Source: a virus. Taken from it: a DNA stretch of 64,000 bases. The position numbers and the translations under genes are program-made. The stretch spans positions 1 through 64,000 of the IMG/VR virus record IMGVR_UViG_3300025584_000449. One strand, given 5' to 3'. The notes under the pieces were generated by a model. It did no database searches and had not been told where the DNA came from. It worked only from the letters and a program-made list of their open reading frames with translations. This document shows, piece by piece, positions 1 to 11,354 of this stretch (the first letter of the stretch is position 1; each line of letters starts with the position of its first letter).

Positions 1-441
1 GCTGACTAGTAACTTCAACGACCTTGAAGGAAACGTCGCAACGATCAGCGGAAGCGTTGACGGGCTGACTAGCAACTTCAACGACCTAGAAGGAAACGTC
101 GCAACGATCAGCGGAAGCGTTGACGGACTGACCAGTAGCTTCAACGACCTTGAAGGAAACGTTGCCACGATCAGTGGAAGCGTTGACGGACTTACTAGTA
201 ACTTCAATGACCTAGAAGGAAACGTCGCCACGATCAGTGGAAGCGTTGACGGGCTGACTAGTAACTTCAACGACCTTGAAGGAAACGTCGCAACGATCAG
301 CGGAAGCGTTGACGGGCTGACTAGCAACTTCAACGACCTAGAAGGAAACGTCGCAACGATCAGCGGAAGCGTTGACGGATTAACTAGTAACTTCGAGTCC
401 TTAGAGGGAAATGTCACAATCATAAGTGGTAGTGTAAGCAC
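1..441 (+). repeat. 63-bp coding tandem repeat (GLTSNFNDLEGNVATISGSVD), 6 near-identical copies plus 1 degenerate copy
   Basis: Units start at 1, 64, 127, 190, 253 and 316, with a diverged unit at 379. Differences between copies are mostly synonymous. Confidence 0.95.
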
Positions 442-1765
442 CATCGGTGACACCTTAGAGGGTAAATTCTTATTTACTGAACAAACAGGGTTTGATACTT
501 TTGGTAGAAAAGGCCTTCAAAGAAGTAATTTAGTTATTAATGGTGACCTTAGAGAAGAAAATACAGATAATTGGGAATGTATTCCTGATAAGGTGGGAAC
601 TTTTACATACAAAGCGAAATCAGTAGAAGCTGTTCCAACTACTAGCTTGTGTCCAGGGTCTATTTATAATTCTAAAACAGACAGTGTTGGAACAACAACA
701 CTTTCTAGTTATTATATTCCTGTGGATATTACTCATACATACTCCTTAACAGGGTATATAAAATTTGAAGTGACTTCACTATTAACAGCCGTTGGGGTTA
801 GATGTTATGATGAAAATAAAATAGCAATATCTCCAACTCCAGAGAGATATATTGGCCTAAGATTATACAATAATACTGGCGCAGTTGCAGCAGCAGAGTG
901 GGTTAAATTCCCCTTAGAAGGCACTGTAGCAGACATAGGTAATACAATTGGTAATATCCAAACTGGGTATATAGCTGGATCAGGGACTGGGGATAACGAG
1001 TTTCCTGTAGGTACTAAATATATTCGTATTATTATTGTTGGTAATATGGGTGGAGGCGGGCTTTCCTATGATTATCTATTTACTGATATAAAATTTATAG
1101 ATAATACTTCTAATAATTTCTTAGAATCTGATGGTAGTGTTAATTTCTCGTTTAACGATTCAGCTAGTAATAGCACGTTACTTGGCGCAAACTGGACAGA
1201 CAGCAATGTATTAACCGTTGGAGTGTCTTATACTGACCCAGCACTTTCTGGATGGTCTGGCCCAGAAATAGCAGACATGCTTCCGCTTATGCAAAGTGAT
1301 CTAAAAGATGAATGGCCAAATTCCGGAGCAGGAGAAAATGAGTGCTGTTTATTAGCTGGCACTAGAATACAAATGGCTAGCGGTAAGAAAAAAATAGAAG
1401 ATATAGAGATAGGGGATGAGGTAGTATCCTACAATATTAAAGAAAATAAATTATCCATTAGTGTAGTAAAAGAGCTTGAATCGCCAACAAGAAATGGCTA
1501 TTTTATATTAAATAAAGGACTTCTAAAAATTACTAATGAGCACCCACTTTATATAACAAATAAAAAAGATTGGGTTAAAGTAGAAGATCTAGAAATCGGA
1601 GATAAAATATATATGGTTGGTGGAGATAAGATTGCCATAGATTCAATACAATACGTAGATAGGCGTACTCAAACATATAATATTAAATGGGCTGAAGGAG
1701 ATAATAACTTCTTCGCTAATGGATGTTTAGCTCATAATAAACACCCAGGAGTAAGTAATGGCTAA
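2..1765 (+). CDS. Tail fibre-like protein, 5'-truncated by the window, with 21-aa tandem repeats and a C-terminal Hint (intein-like) domain
   Basis: The frame is open from base 2 into the listed ORF at 593 (its 'M' is an internal GTG). C-terminal CLLAGT...ITNEHP...NFFANGCLAHN are Hint blocks A, B and F/G. Confidence 0.75.
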   Translation: MTSNFNDLEGNVATISGSVDGLTSNFNDLEGNVATISGSVDGLTSSFNDLEGNVATISGSVDGLTSNFNDLEGNVATISGSVDGLTSNFNDLEGNVATISGSVDGLTSNFNDLEGNVATISGSVDGLTSNFESLEGNVTIISGSVSTIGDTLEGKFLFTEQTGFDTFGRKGLQRSNLVINGDLREENTDNWECIPDKVGTFTYKAKSVEAVPTTSLCPGSIYNSKTDSVGTTTLSSYYIPVDITHTYSLTGYIKFEVTSLLTAVGVRCYDENKIAISPTPERYIGLRLYNNTGAVAAAEWVKFPLEGTVADIGNTIGNIQTGYIAGSGTGDNEFPVGTKYIRIIIVGNMGGGGLSYDYLFTDIKFIDNTSNNFLESDGSVNFSFNDSASNSTLLGANWTDSNVLTVGVSYTDPALSGWSGPEIADMLPLMQSDLKDEWPNSGAGENECCLLAGTRIQMASGKKKIEDIEIGDEVVSYNIKENKLSISVVKELESPTRNGYFILNKGLLKITNEHPLYITNKKDWVKVEDLEIGDKIYMVGGDKIAIDSIQYVDRRTQTYNIKWAEGDNNFFANGCLAHNKHPGVSNG

Positions 1766-3929
1766 CGGACTATTTAATCCTACAATTAGTGAAAGTAAAG
1801 CTTACCACTTTACTAATAGTAGCTTCTTTTGGAGTAGCGTAATTATTCCAAATATTGCTACTGGAGAGGATGGAGAACATTTAAACTTTACTTCCTCTGA
1901 TGATTTTTCTATAAGCGTCTGGTGTTATTGGGATAGTGCTGCGGCTGCAGCATCTAGTACTTATGGAAGAGTTTATAGTAAAGCAGGGGCCTCTAATACC
2001 TATATACAATATATGTTATCCAGAGATACTGATGCAAAAATTTCATTTAGAACTAAAGTAGGAACTGGATCTCAAATCACTACAAAAAGTACCACCGTTA
2101 TGGCAGATGATGTCTGGTATCATGTAATTATAACTTATGATTCAGCATCAACTACTATGAAGTTGTATGTTAATGGAGAATTTGAGGTTAGTGCTACAAA
2201 CCATGTAATCGTTGACCAGGGCTTTGATTCTCTAGTCGTTGGTGGTCAGTATGGCGCAACTGAAAGTCCAGATGATTTAACTGTAGCGAGTAGATGGTTT
2301 GGCGGTATTGACGAATTAGCTTTCTGGAGTACAGTATTAAGTGCTGATTCTGTTAAGCAGGTATATAATGATAGAAATATGTTAGATTTAACTACTTCGA
2401 TTTTCTATTATACTTCACCTGGGTCACTTGTGGGCTGGTATAGACTAGGCGATGAAAATGAGGATTTACAGTTAAATGCTGGATTACAGGGAGAAGGCGA
2501 TTTAGTCGGGTCAGCATATGATCAATCAGACTCAGATCATAGTGGTTTAATATATGATATGAATAATACCACACATCTATTAGATAGTAGGGCTATTACT
2601 TGGAACGGCAGTGCTTGGGTAGTAGATTATTTAGAAGCTGGAATAGGATTTAATTCAAATGCTGGAATGTTTAATGGTAATGAATTAACAGGATTAAACT
2701 CTAAAATTAGTTTAAAACTTTTGGATTATACTGATCCTGAAGGAGACGGCCCACAAGTAAAAGAATATAATGGAATATATTTTGGGTTGAATAGAATGAA
2801 TGGTTTTGTAAATAAAGCTCATATGGAGGCATACTCAGTCCCAGCAGAATCAGGCTATAACTGGACCAACTATGACCCTACTGGATACAACGCTACCTCA
2901 GGAAGATATCATAGAAGTTTAAATGGATATAGCCCTGAGCTATTAAATGCTCATTTAAACGAAGAGGATGTGTATCTTGGAGATGGTAATGATTTTTATA
3001 GAACTTGGGGACATTTTAGTTGGGGACCTTTTAATGATTTAAGCCCACTAGACTTTATAGAGATAGGGTTTGTACAAAAAGAAGGAGGTGGTTGGAGATT
3101 TGAAATAAAACCTAGATTCGAAGAAAATGGTGAGGCTAATCCTAGAATAGCGTCTTACCTAAATCCAGGAAAATATTTAGTAGCAATGAGATTTGAAGAG
3201 TTCCCCTCACCAATTATTATTATGGATACTCTACATTTAAATAAACATTGGAATATACAAGATCAATTAGTTACTGAAGGGTATGGTAAAACAGGCGTTA
3301 GAGCAATAAGACAAGCACCTAATCCATACTCCATAGGAGATGGTACTGCAATACGTGTTGATAGGGTGTGGGCATGGAAGTCTGATATTGGAAAAAGTTT
3401 TTGGTGGACTAATGCTACTGCTGACGATGACCCAACAAATTTAAATAATTATACTAGAAAATATATAATTACCTCTATTCCTTTATGGACAGCTTTAGGA
3501 TTTGATGCAGTATTAGATGAAAACGGAGATGTACAAAGAGATAGTTTATTAGATAAATGGTTCTCTACTAGAGTTTATATGAACTTTGACGAACCACACT
3601 GGAACGTAAATATCTATTCCAAGGTCTCAGCATCAGAGGCTTGCACTATAGGAGCTTTATACGGAATGGGTGGAGATGTAGATGTACAAGACAGAATAAC
3701 AGCACAGGCCGGGTTAATGGTTACTGCGAACGCCGTAACTGAAAATGATTCTTACTTTAGAGTTATGGAGGGTGTAGTCTCAGAGTTCAATGATAAAGTA
3801 AGGGTTGGTGGAACAATAGAAATAGGTAAAGGAATAAAAACTGGTAATCTAAACCAAAACTCAGAAGCCTTTAGAATAAATTACAATGAGGACGACGATA
3901 GTTTAGACTTCACCTTCTTCCAAGAATAA
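1758..3929 (+). CDS. LamG/concanavalin A-like domain virion (tail) protein
   Basis: FSISVWCY...WYHVIITYD...MKLYVNGE...FGGIDELAFWS...GWYRLGD is a LamG-like pattern. Confidence 0.7.
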   Translation: MANGLFNPTISESKAYHFTNSSFFWSSVIIPNIATGEDGEHLNFTSSDDFSISVWCYWDSAAAAASSTYGRVYSKAGASNTYIQYMLSRDTDAKISFRTKVGTGSQITTKSTTVMADDVWYHVIITYDSASTTMKLYVNGEFEVSATNHVIVDQGFDSLVVGGQYGATESPDDLTVASRWFGGIDELAFWSTVLSADSVKQVYNDRNMLDLTTSIFYYTSPGSLVGWYRLGDENEDLQLNAGLQGEGDLVGSAYDQSDSDHSGLIYDMNNTTHLLDSRAITWNGSAWVVDYLEAGIGFNSNAGMFNGNELTGLNSKISLKLLDYTDPEGDGPQVKEYNGIYFGLNRMNGFVNKAHMEAYSVPAESGYNWTNYDPTGYNATSGRYHRSLNGYSPELLNAHLNEEDVYLGDGNDFYRTWGHFSWGPFNDLSPLDFIEIGFVQKEGGGWRFEIKPRFEENGEANPRIASYLNPGKYLVAMRFEEFPSPIIIMDTLHLNKHWNIQDQLVTEGYGKTGVRAIRQAPNPYSIGDGTAIRVDRVWAWKSDIGKSFWWTNATADDDPTNLNNYTRKYIITSIPLWTALGFDAVLDENGDVQRDSLLDKWFSTRVYMNFDEPHWNVNIYSKVSASEACTIGALYGMGGDVDVQDRITAQAGLMVTANAVTENDSYFRVMEGVVSEFNDKVRVGGTIEIGKGIKTGNLNQNSEAFRINYNEDDDSLDFTFFQE

Positions 3930-3930
3930 T

Positions 3931-6900
3931 ATGTCAGAAATAAAACTAGCAACAATAGATTCAATAGGTAATCTAAAAATTAATGGCGGGTACATCGATG
4001 AACGTATGCCTGCCATTATTGGTAATCCTATTATTACAAATACTGATAATATAAACGATGAGCTCATTTGGTATTCTCCTCTAGACGCTACTGATAACCA
4101 AGGCGGTGGTAGAAAAGGCGGAGCACTATCTGATATTATAAGATATAATTTTAATACTTACCCAGCATTAGCTAACGAATTTAGTTCAGAGTATGATGGA
4201 TATATTTCTGCCAGCGGTGTTATAACTTCTGGGGTGATTCTTGATAGTAATTACTATGGTGAACCAGACTCATCATACAAGTTTGATGCTAGCGATGACT
4301 CTTATGTTACTTTTAATAATAATCTTTTTGATGCCTGTGATGATTTTACACTAGGTCTCACAATAAAACCACTTAGTGTAGACGCCACTAGAGATCCTTA
4401 TACTGTATTACATTGTAAAAACTCAGAAAATAAAGACTCTATCTTAATCGAGATAACATCTTCAACTGAATTAACTGTAACAATCGCAGACGGTAAGGCC
4501 TATAGCAAATTCTTATCTTTTACTGATACTTATACTGATGTAGTTATATGTAAAGACGGTGAAGATATAAGAATTTATTCTGGAGATACCGGCTCTACTT
4601 TAAACAAACTTAGAATGAACCTGGAACCGGTACTTGATCCAGTAGAGGTTATATCTACTAGGATGGGTCAGTCTCTAGACGGAGATAATCAGTTCTTAGG
4701 TAATATTGCAGACATGTTTATAAGTGCATATACTATACCGAGCTCTGAAGAAACATTAGTAAATTATTATGTAATAAAAAATCCTACAGACAGACAAGCA
4801 GCATTTAAAAGAACTCCTCCAGCGTTTGATTTTACTGTTACTCCTTGGGGAGCTGAAGTATATAATGAGGCTGGAGTAGTAGATCTGGCCACTAGTAATA
4901 AATTCTTTGAAAATGAAATACATACTTATGAGCAGGGCGATTATCGCTTTATTAGCCACCACGTCGATGGAGAAAATACTAGACCATTTACTTATCTTCA
5001 TAAAAATAACTATGATTACTCTTATAAGGGCGTAGACAGTTTTACCTCTAATAGTCTAGATTTTTTTGTTGGAGATAAAACAAAATTTATACCTGACGCA
5101 AATGCTGTTCCACCACTAACTATAGGAAGACTTTATGGTACCGATATACCATCTTCTACAAAATGTATAACTATATCATTTTGGGTTTATAAATATGGTT
5201 GTGGGTATAATGTCGTTGACAGTTTTTATGGAGAAAATGAATATAGAAATATAGGATCTCCTACAAGTTATTTACGTAATCCTATAACTCTGCATAATAA
5301 AGATATTGTTGTTGGTTGTCATTTTGGTCATCGTTTTATTTCTAACATGTTCCACAATGACGCTAATTTCAATTTATTATTAAATAATGGCTGGCAAAAA
5401 GTATCATGTACGATGCCAAATTTAAATCATACTGAGCAGGATATATTCTATGTTAAATATGATCCAGGTGCTCAAAATAACCATGCTCATGGTAGTAGGT
5501 TCCTTATTACAGGAATTCAGATAGTGTTAGATAAAATAACTACTTGGTATGATTGTGAAAATTATCCAGGAGAGAGTGTAGAGGTTAATCCAAATATAAA
5601 TTTAATTGATTCTGACGTACACACTATAAACGGATCATACGAATTAGACTTATTGCCAGTTAATAGCGACTTTACTATATTTGGTACATTTAATTCTTTT
5701 GAAAATGAATCAGGAAAATCAACGGATCATATAGCAGATGGCGTTTTAAGTTATAATGTCTACACAGAAGATAGAGATCATTATAGTTTATTTAATATAG
5801 TTAAATCTGGTGATTCTAATAAAAAACAAGTTATGTTTCTTGACCATTGTATAGACGGTGCTACAGAAGAAAGCTCATATGATTTCAAAATAATATCCGA
5901 TGATATGAATACTCAAACATCACAAACACTTCAAAGTAGAAAAAATTTAACTTTTGAAAAAACTGTGGGTCCTGACAGTGATAAGCATGGATTAAGTTGT
6001 GCTACTTGTTCTTCTTTAGGATCTAGTTTTAATAATACAGACTTTACAATAGCTCTAAGAATGAAACAAACTTATTGGTGGAATGGTGTTGACTGGGGAG
6101 GCACACAGGGATATTATTATATACAACAGTATTTATTCTCTACTATGACCGATCACGCTAGTTCTGGTGCTGGCATTAGTTTAAAAATTAATAATCCTGG
6201 AAATTTAGCTGATGGGTTTGTTTTATATTTACAAAACGACGCAGGAGCTACACAGCCATTTTATATTCCGCTATATATAAATCATAATAATGAAGATCCA
6301 ATTCTGGAATGGAATCATGTAGTAATTACATTTAATAACACTACTAAAGAATTAAATTTTTATTTAAACGGTGAAGAAAAATTAGGTGGAGCTACTTGGA
6401 ATAATACAATCACTGGCGGACTACAACGAGACTTTGTCCTTGGAGCTCTTAATAACTTCCCCTCTTCTACAATGTGGTATAATTATAATGGGTATATTAA
6501 CGATTTTGCTATTTGGACTGAAGAACTCTCTCCTAGTAAAGTGCTAGAATTAAACAACAACGTGAATACAGATCACAATACTTCTTCTAGCTCATCCAAT
6601 TTAGAAACATGGTGGAGAATGGGAGATGGGCCAGAGACTAAGCCTACACAAGATGCTGTTTTCTCTCTAGCACACGATAATTCTGGAAACGGCAATGATC
6701 TACTTTTACTAGCAAGAGAGAATGATACTGCAAGTTCTCCTGGATTGCCCTCTAATGGAATCACGGCTGGCCCTTACTGGTCAGTAGAATACCCCGGCGA
6801 TAGCTCTGACTTAGTAGACTTAAACATAGCTAAAGGGTCTGAACATACATTCTTCTTAGAGCAAGGTGCCTTTGGGGAAGAAGAGATTAATGGAGTTTTA

Positions 6901-9738
6901 ACTGACTGGCCTAATTATGTTGATACTGTCTATGAAGGAGATTCTCATTATTATAAAATAAATGATGGACATACATTATTTTACCCAAACACTAGCTCTG
7001 ATTATATACTAGAAGATATAGATACATCAGATATATACAAAATGTCTCTTGATATGAGAAAAGAACACTCTAGCTATGATTGTAGACAATATGTGGGACT
7101 TGCTTATTATGATTCCTTAGGTACTAGAATACAAAAACACGAAGTATATAAAAAACCTAATACTTATTTAGAGATAGATACTGGAGGATACCTTACACCA
7201 ATAAATCCTGGTGATGGGGTTAGGAATATGTGTACCTTTAAAGTTGACATTTCAAATTATGATCTTGGAGGGGATGATAGTACTAGATTTGGAACTTTTC
7301 AAGAAAAATGGGAATACACACGAGACTTAACTGGAGGTAAGTGGGGACTATATAGAACTTATTTATACGCCGCATTTAATACAAACCCTGACCCAGACCC
7401 AGGAAGTGCTTGGGATAACAGTGACCTACCTAATAGAGATGTAATTAATCTAGGTAATGACTTAGGCGATGGAGCAGCCACAGACTACGAACTTTGTGAT
7501 GGCGGCTGGGCTGAATGTAATGCTACTGATGATGTAGTGACAATTTATATTGGAATGAAAAGTGAATCAATTTTAACACATCCGAATCAAACTGATTTCC
7601 TAATTTGGAGTAACTCTTCTACTCATGTAAGAGAGAATAAATCAGGGGCTACTTATCATTATTTAGTCTGCGGGGCTAAAGATTTAACATCAGAAAATGA
7701 ATCATGGCAGACTTACGAAGGGTATGTAGACAAGGGAGAACAAACTACTAATCTTCCTAATTATGGGGAATTTTGGGCAGGTGCTTCTAAGGCTAAAATA
7801 TTAATATTAAATAATCACAGCTCTGGGTCTAATTATGATTACAATACTGCATGTCATGTAAAAAATATAAGTATAAAAAAGATTAACGAAAGTAGTTGTT
7901 ACTATGATCTTACAGTAATAGATAAAAATAACGCAACTAATACGCACTCATGGAAAATATTTTCACCAGAAATAGCGACTTATAATAATACGCTAGCTAC
8001 ATTAAATACGGAGAGTGCCCCAGTAAGTCTATCTTATAATAATATAAAACACTTTAATGGAGCATATAATAATACAGGAGTTTATAGAAAACATCTTTCA
8101 CCAACTGAAAAAAAGACAATAGCTTTACATTCATTTAAAATAAAACATCAAGAAGGAATTGGAGTAATTTATCCAACAAATCTTGTAGAAAACACAATGC
8201 CGAAATTACATAGCAGGCTAGACAGCTATGATTTAATAAGTAGATGGGATACAACTTTATTTAATAGCTTTACAGATGTTACTTTTGATGATGCTACTAT
8301 TAATACAATTCCTGTATGGGGTGGATACACCGACGAGTACTACTTAAATTATATTGATGATAACACTCACATTATTTCTAATGTTTATGATCCAGAAATA
8401 GGTGGATGCTTTATTGGTCACCCATATTATAACCAAATTAAATCTCTTGGATTACTTTATAATACATCAATAAATGATGATATTATAGTTGCTTCAGAGC
8501 ATATAAGTATTAATCCAATTGATGGTCCAGCTCCTATATTTTCTTGGGATGCAGTTTATAAATTAATGCCTACAAGTACTCAATCTAATTATTATTTTAA
8601 AGACGAGAATTTAAATCCATTAACTTTTTATAAAGACATAGATACTGATACTTACATGTCTTTTTGGTATTATTATGATGGCAGCGATTCATGTAATTTT
8701 ATATGTAAACTATTTTATGCTGAAAGTTATAACAGCGATGTCTGGATAGACGGTATAGCGGTATCTCCACATAGTTCATCAATTTTACCAAATACTTGGA
8801 CTAAAATTTCTATAAAAATTCCTTTTTTTGGTCCTATATATAAAATCAGAGTAGCTCTTAGACCTGAAGACATCAGTCAAAAAGGATATGTAACAGCACC
8901 AACTGTTTGGAGAAATGAAAAATCTACACACACTCTTGGCAGTGTTCCTCCCTCTATACCTCCATATCAAAAAAAGTATCACCCTAAAGTGTATACTAAT
9001 TTAAATTTAGAACTTATTAATTTTCTATCATTCTGTGAAACTTTAAATTCTTGCGTGTATTATCCATACAATCTTTACGTTAATTTAACAAATACTGAAA
9101 CTTCTGGATTTTATTATTATAGTAATCGTTGCCCACAAGGAACAGTTGGAATTAGTATTAATAAAACAGAATATCTTGATCAAGCTGGGTCTGGTATAGA
9201 TACCAAAGCTTTAGCATTTAATGTAGCGAATGAAACTGCTTATTTTGATTTAGGAACATCGAGAAACTATATACAGGTTGAATTAAAAACTACTACTGAT
9301 GCAGATAATATTAAACTTAAATGTTCTAGTAATGACGAAGCTGTAGAGATTGATTCTGGAAAAAATATCATAGATGACTACAATGTTGGAGATTGGATTA
9401 ACATTATAGCCGTCTGGAATAAAGATGGAATAGAATCATCAACAGATACAATTAGATTATATTTAGATGGAGTGTTAGTTGGGTCTAGTTCTAGTTTCAC
9501 TGGAATTGGCTATGGTGATGACTCTGTTGTAACTGATAATACATATGTTGACTATTTTGATGTAGGTAGAGAGTCTATTTATTCTGGATATACCAACGCG
9601 TATATAAAGAACTTATTTACAGTTAAAAGAGCATTGACTCAAGTAGAAATAAATAATATATATAATACAAGAATGTCTATTAATAGTGATAAGGACCTAG
9701 TTATTTACGATACTTTATTAGAGGGCGAAACTTTATAA
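3931..9738 (+). CDS. Large multi-LamG tail/receptor-binding protein (1935 aa)
   Basis: Several LamG-like blocks (WNHVVITFNNTTKELNFYLNG...GYINDFAIW; WINIIAVWN...IRLYLDG), located in the tail module. Confidence 0.7.
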   Translation: MSEIKLATIDSIGNLKINGGYIDERMPAIIGNPIITNTDNINDELIWYSPLDATDNQGGGRKGGALSDIIRYNFNTYPALANEFSSEYDGYISASGVITSGVILDSNYYGEPDSSYKFDASDDSYVTFNNNLFDACDDFTLGLTIKPLSVDATRDPYTVLHCKNSENKDSILIEITSSTELTVTIADGKAYSKFLSFTDTYTDVVICKDGEDIRIYSGDTGSTLNKLRMNLEPVLDPVEVISTRMGQSLDGDNQFLGNIADMFISAYTIPSSEETLVNYYVIKNPTDRQAAFKRTPPAFDFTVTPWGAEVYNEAGVVDLATSNKFFENEIHTYEQGDYRFISHHVDGENTRPFTYLHKNNYDYSYKGVDSFTSNSLDFFVGDKTKFIPDANAVPPLTIGRLYGTDIPSSTKCITISFWVYKYGCGYNVVDSFYGENEYRNIGSPTSYLRNPITLHNKDIVVGCHFGHRFISNMFHNDANFNLLLNNGWQKVSCTMPNLNHTEQDIFYVKYDPGAQNNHAHGSRFLITGIQIVLDKITTWYDCENYPGESVEVNPNINLIDSDVHTINGSYELDLLPVNSDFTIFGTFNSFENESGKSTDHIADGVLSYNVYTEDRDHYSLFNIVKSGDSNKKQVMFLDHCIDGATEESSYDFKIISDDMNTQTSQTLQSRKNLTFEKTVGPDSDKHGLSCATCSSLGSSFNNTDFTIALRMKQTYWWNGVDWGGTQGYYYIQQYLFSTMTDHASSGAGISLKINNPGNLADGFVLYLQNDAGATQPFYIPLYINHNNEDPILEWNHVVITFNNTTKELNFYLNGEEKLGGATWNNTITGGLQRDFVLGALNNFPSSTMWYNYNGYINDFAIWTEELSPSKVLELNNNVNTDHNTSSSSSNLETWWRMGDGPETKPTQDAVFSLAHDNSGNGNDLLLLARENDTASSPGLPSNGITAGPYWSVEYPGDSSDLVDLNIAKGSEHTFFLEQGAFGEEEINGVLTDWPNYVDTVYEGDSHYYKINDGHTLFYPNTSSDYILEDIDTSDIYKMSLDMRKEHSSYDCRQYVGLAYYDSLGTRIQKHEVYKKPNTYLEIDTGGYLTPINPGDGVRNMCTFKVDISNYDLGGDDSTRFGTFQEKWEYTRDLTGGKWGLYRTYLYAAFNTNPDPDPGSAWDNSDLPNRDVINLGNDLGDGAATDYELCDGGWAECNATDDVVTIYIGMKSESILTHPNQTDFLIWSNSSTHVRENKSGATYHYLVCGAKDLTSENESWQTYEGYVDKGEQTTNLPNYGEFWAGASKAKILILNNHSSGSNYDYNTACHVKNISIKKINESSCYYDLTVIDKNNATNTHSWKIFSPEIATYNNTLATLNTESAPVSLSYNNIKHFNGAYNNTGVYRKHLSPTEKKTIALHSFKIKHQEGIGVIYPTNLVENTMPKLHSRLDSYDLISRWDTTLFNSFTDVTFDDATINTIPVWGGYTDEYYLNYIDDNTHIISNVYDPEIGGCFIGHPYYNQIKSLGLLYNTSINDDIIVASEHISINPIDGPAPIFSWDAVYKLMPTSTQSNYYFKDENLNPLTFYKDIDTDTYMSFWYYYDGSDSCNFICKLFYAESYNSDVWIDGIAVSPHSSSILPNTWTKISIKIPFFGPIYKIRVALRPEDISQKGYVTAPTVWRNEKSTHTLGSVPPSIPPYQKKYHPKVYTNLNLELINFLSFCETLNSCVYYPYNLYVNLTNTETSGFYYYSNRCPQGTVGISINKTEYLDQAGSGIDTKALAFNVANETAYFDLGTSRNYIQVELKTTTDADNIKLKCSSNDEAVEIDSGKNIIDDYNVGDWINIIAVWNKDGIESSTDTIRLYLDGVLVGSSSSFTGIGYGDDSVVTDNTYVDYFDVGRESIYSGYTNAYIKNLFTVKRALTQVEINNIYNTRMSINSDKDLVIYDTLLEGETL

Positions 9739-11354
9739 TGGCCGAATTAAAGACAAACTCAACAGCAGGAAATGCAAAAATTATTAGTTATGATAATAGT
9801 TTGTATATTATCCCAATAACTAACTATTTAAATTCTGTTTTAAATTTTAGATATGACTCTCTTGAAGGTATATGGGGGATTGATGTACCTTATGGAGTAA
9901 AAGATAGGCCACTACAGGGAGTATATCGTACAGACGAGTACGTAATTGACGATAATGACACAACCCCTGGTACTGGCGATGACACCTACCATGATATGGC
10001 AGAGTGGTTCTCAGATAAGGTATTAAATATTTATAGTCCTGGCGTTGCTATAAAAGGTGACCAATATTTAAAGAAAATTCAAGTACGTCCTAAATTTGAA
10101 TGGGATACTACAAATACTCCTGGCCCATTAGATGTTACTGTTTCTACTGGTTTTTATTATACCTTTATTGCACAAGCTTCACAGTATTCAACATATCATT
10201 ATGATCTAGATGGCTGCGGATTTATAACGCCTACTCAATACCCAAAAGAATTATCTAAAACATTTTCTGTATCTAGCTCATCTGACTTTGGAGATTTACT
10301 AGAGATAGAGCTTGGAGATAAAGATTTATACTTAGTTGGCCCACTACAAGAGGAAGGATCTTTTAAGTTTCCCGGCAGTGTAGATAGTGCAGGAATTAAT
10401 TTCGGACCTAATTCCGTTTTCGATGATCCTACTACTCAGCCATACTCTGTTTCCATGTGGGTAAAACCAAATGAACTTGGTGTGGCGGGGGGATCTGGAC
10501 GATCAGGTAGACTGTTTTCTATAGGAACTTGGAGTTCAACTGTGGGCCATGGCTTCTTAATTGGTATATATAAGTCAGCAACTACAGATCTTTATAGCTT
10601 TCATATATATCAGGCTACTACAGACAATTCTTCTTATAATCTTCACACCTCAATAGCTATACCTGATAATGAATTAGATAAATGGTACCACATAGTAGCA
10701 ACGTTTGATTATGATGCTCCAGAAAGTACATTAACTTTATACCTAGATGGGGAATATGCTAATGATGTTTCATATAGTGCTTATCCTCCCAAACCACCGA
10801 ATACGAATGAGGATGCTTGGGTATTAAGATATTCGACCACTGATACCTCTCCTCCTGACGGTGAACATATATCTACAGTTAATCTAGTAGCGATTTGGGA
10901 TGAAGTCTTAGCGGCGGGCGCTATTAGAGATTTATATAATAATCCTATGCAAGATCTTAGAAACAATACTAATAAATATTTACAGTCTGATGCCTTACGA
11001 AATTATTGGAAATTTAATATTAATTCTGATGTTGTAACAGATCTTTGTGAGGATAATAATGGGGTAGTAAATAATTCTTACAATTATATGAAGTATGAAA
11101 CTCCTGCATTAACCGCAAATTACTTGGATGACTCAATTATTATATACCCAACAATGGACCTAGGAGGACTTTCAGGGTGGAGTAGTGGTAGTACAACAAG
11201 AATGTTTATAGATTGGAGAGAAGTTACTCTACACATGATTCATAAGTTATCATTTAATAAGTCCCAGTTTAACTTAACTGCCCCAGGTAGCTTATTACCT
11301 CAATTTCTAAATATAGAAAATTATATTACAACTACTTTTATAGAGAACGTATAA
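9738..11354 (+). CDS. LamG domain tail protein
   Basis: YSVSMWVKP...WYHIVATFD...LTLYLDG...VAIWDEVL...YWKFN. Confidence 0.7.
   Translation: MAELKTNSTAGNAKIISYDNSLYIIPITNYLNSVLNFRYDSLEGIWGIDVPYGVKDRPLQGVYRTDEYVIDDNDTTPGTGDDTYHDMAEWFSDKVLNIYSPGVAIKGDQYLKKIQVRPKFEWDTTNTPGPLDVTVSTGFYYTFIAQASQYSTYHYDLDGCGFITPTQYPKELSKTFSVSSSSDFGDLLEIELGDKDLYLVGPLQEEGSFKFPGSVDSAGINFGPNSVFDDPTTQPYSVSMWVKPNELGVAGGSGRSGRLFSIGTWSSTVGHGFLIGIYKSATTDLYSFHIYQATTDNSSYNLHTSIAIPDNELDKWYHIVATFDYDAPESTLTLYLDGEYANDVSYSAYPPKPPNTNEDAWVLRYSTTDTSPPDGEHISTVNLVAIWDEVLAAGAIRDLYNNPMQDLRNNTNKYLQSDALRNYWKFNINSDVVTDLCEDNNGVVNNSYNYMKYETPALTANYLDDSIIIYPTMDLGGLSGWSSGSTTRMFIDWREVTLHMIHKLSFNKSQFNLTAPGSLLPQFLNIENYITTTFIENV

Noticed and set aside
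1-441. 63-bp repeats as a CRISPR or RT-associated array
   Set aside because: The units are contiguous with no unique spacers, in frame, and vary synonymously, so they are coding repeats.
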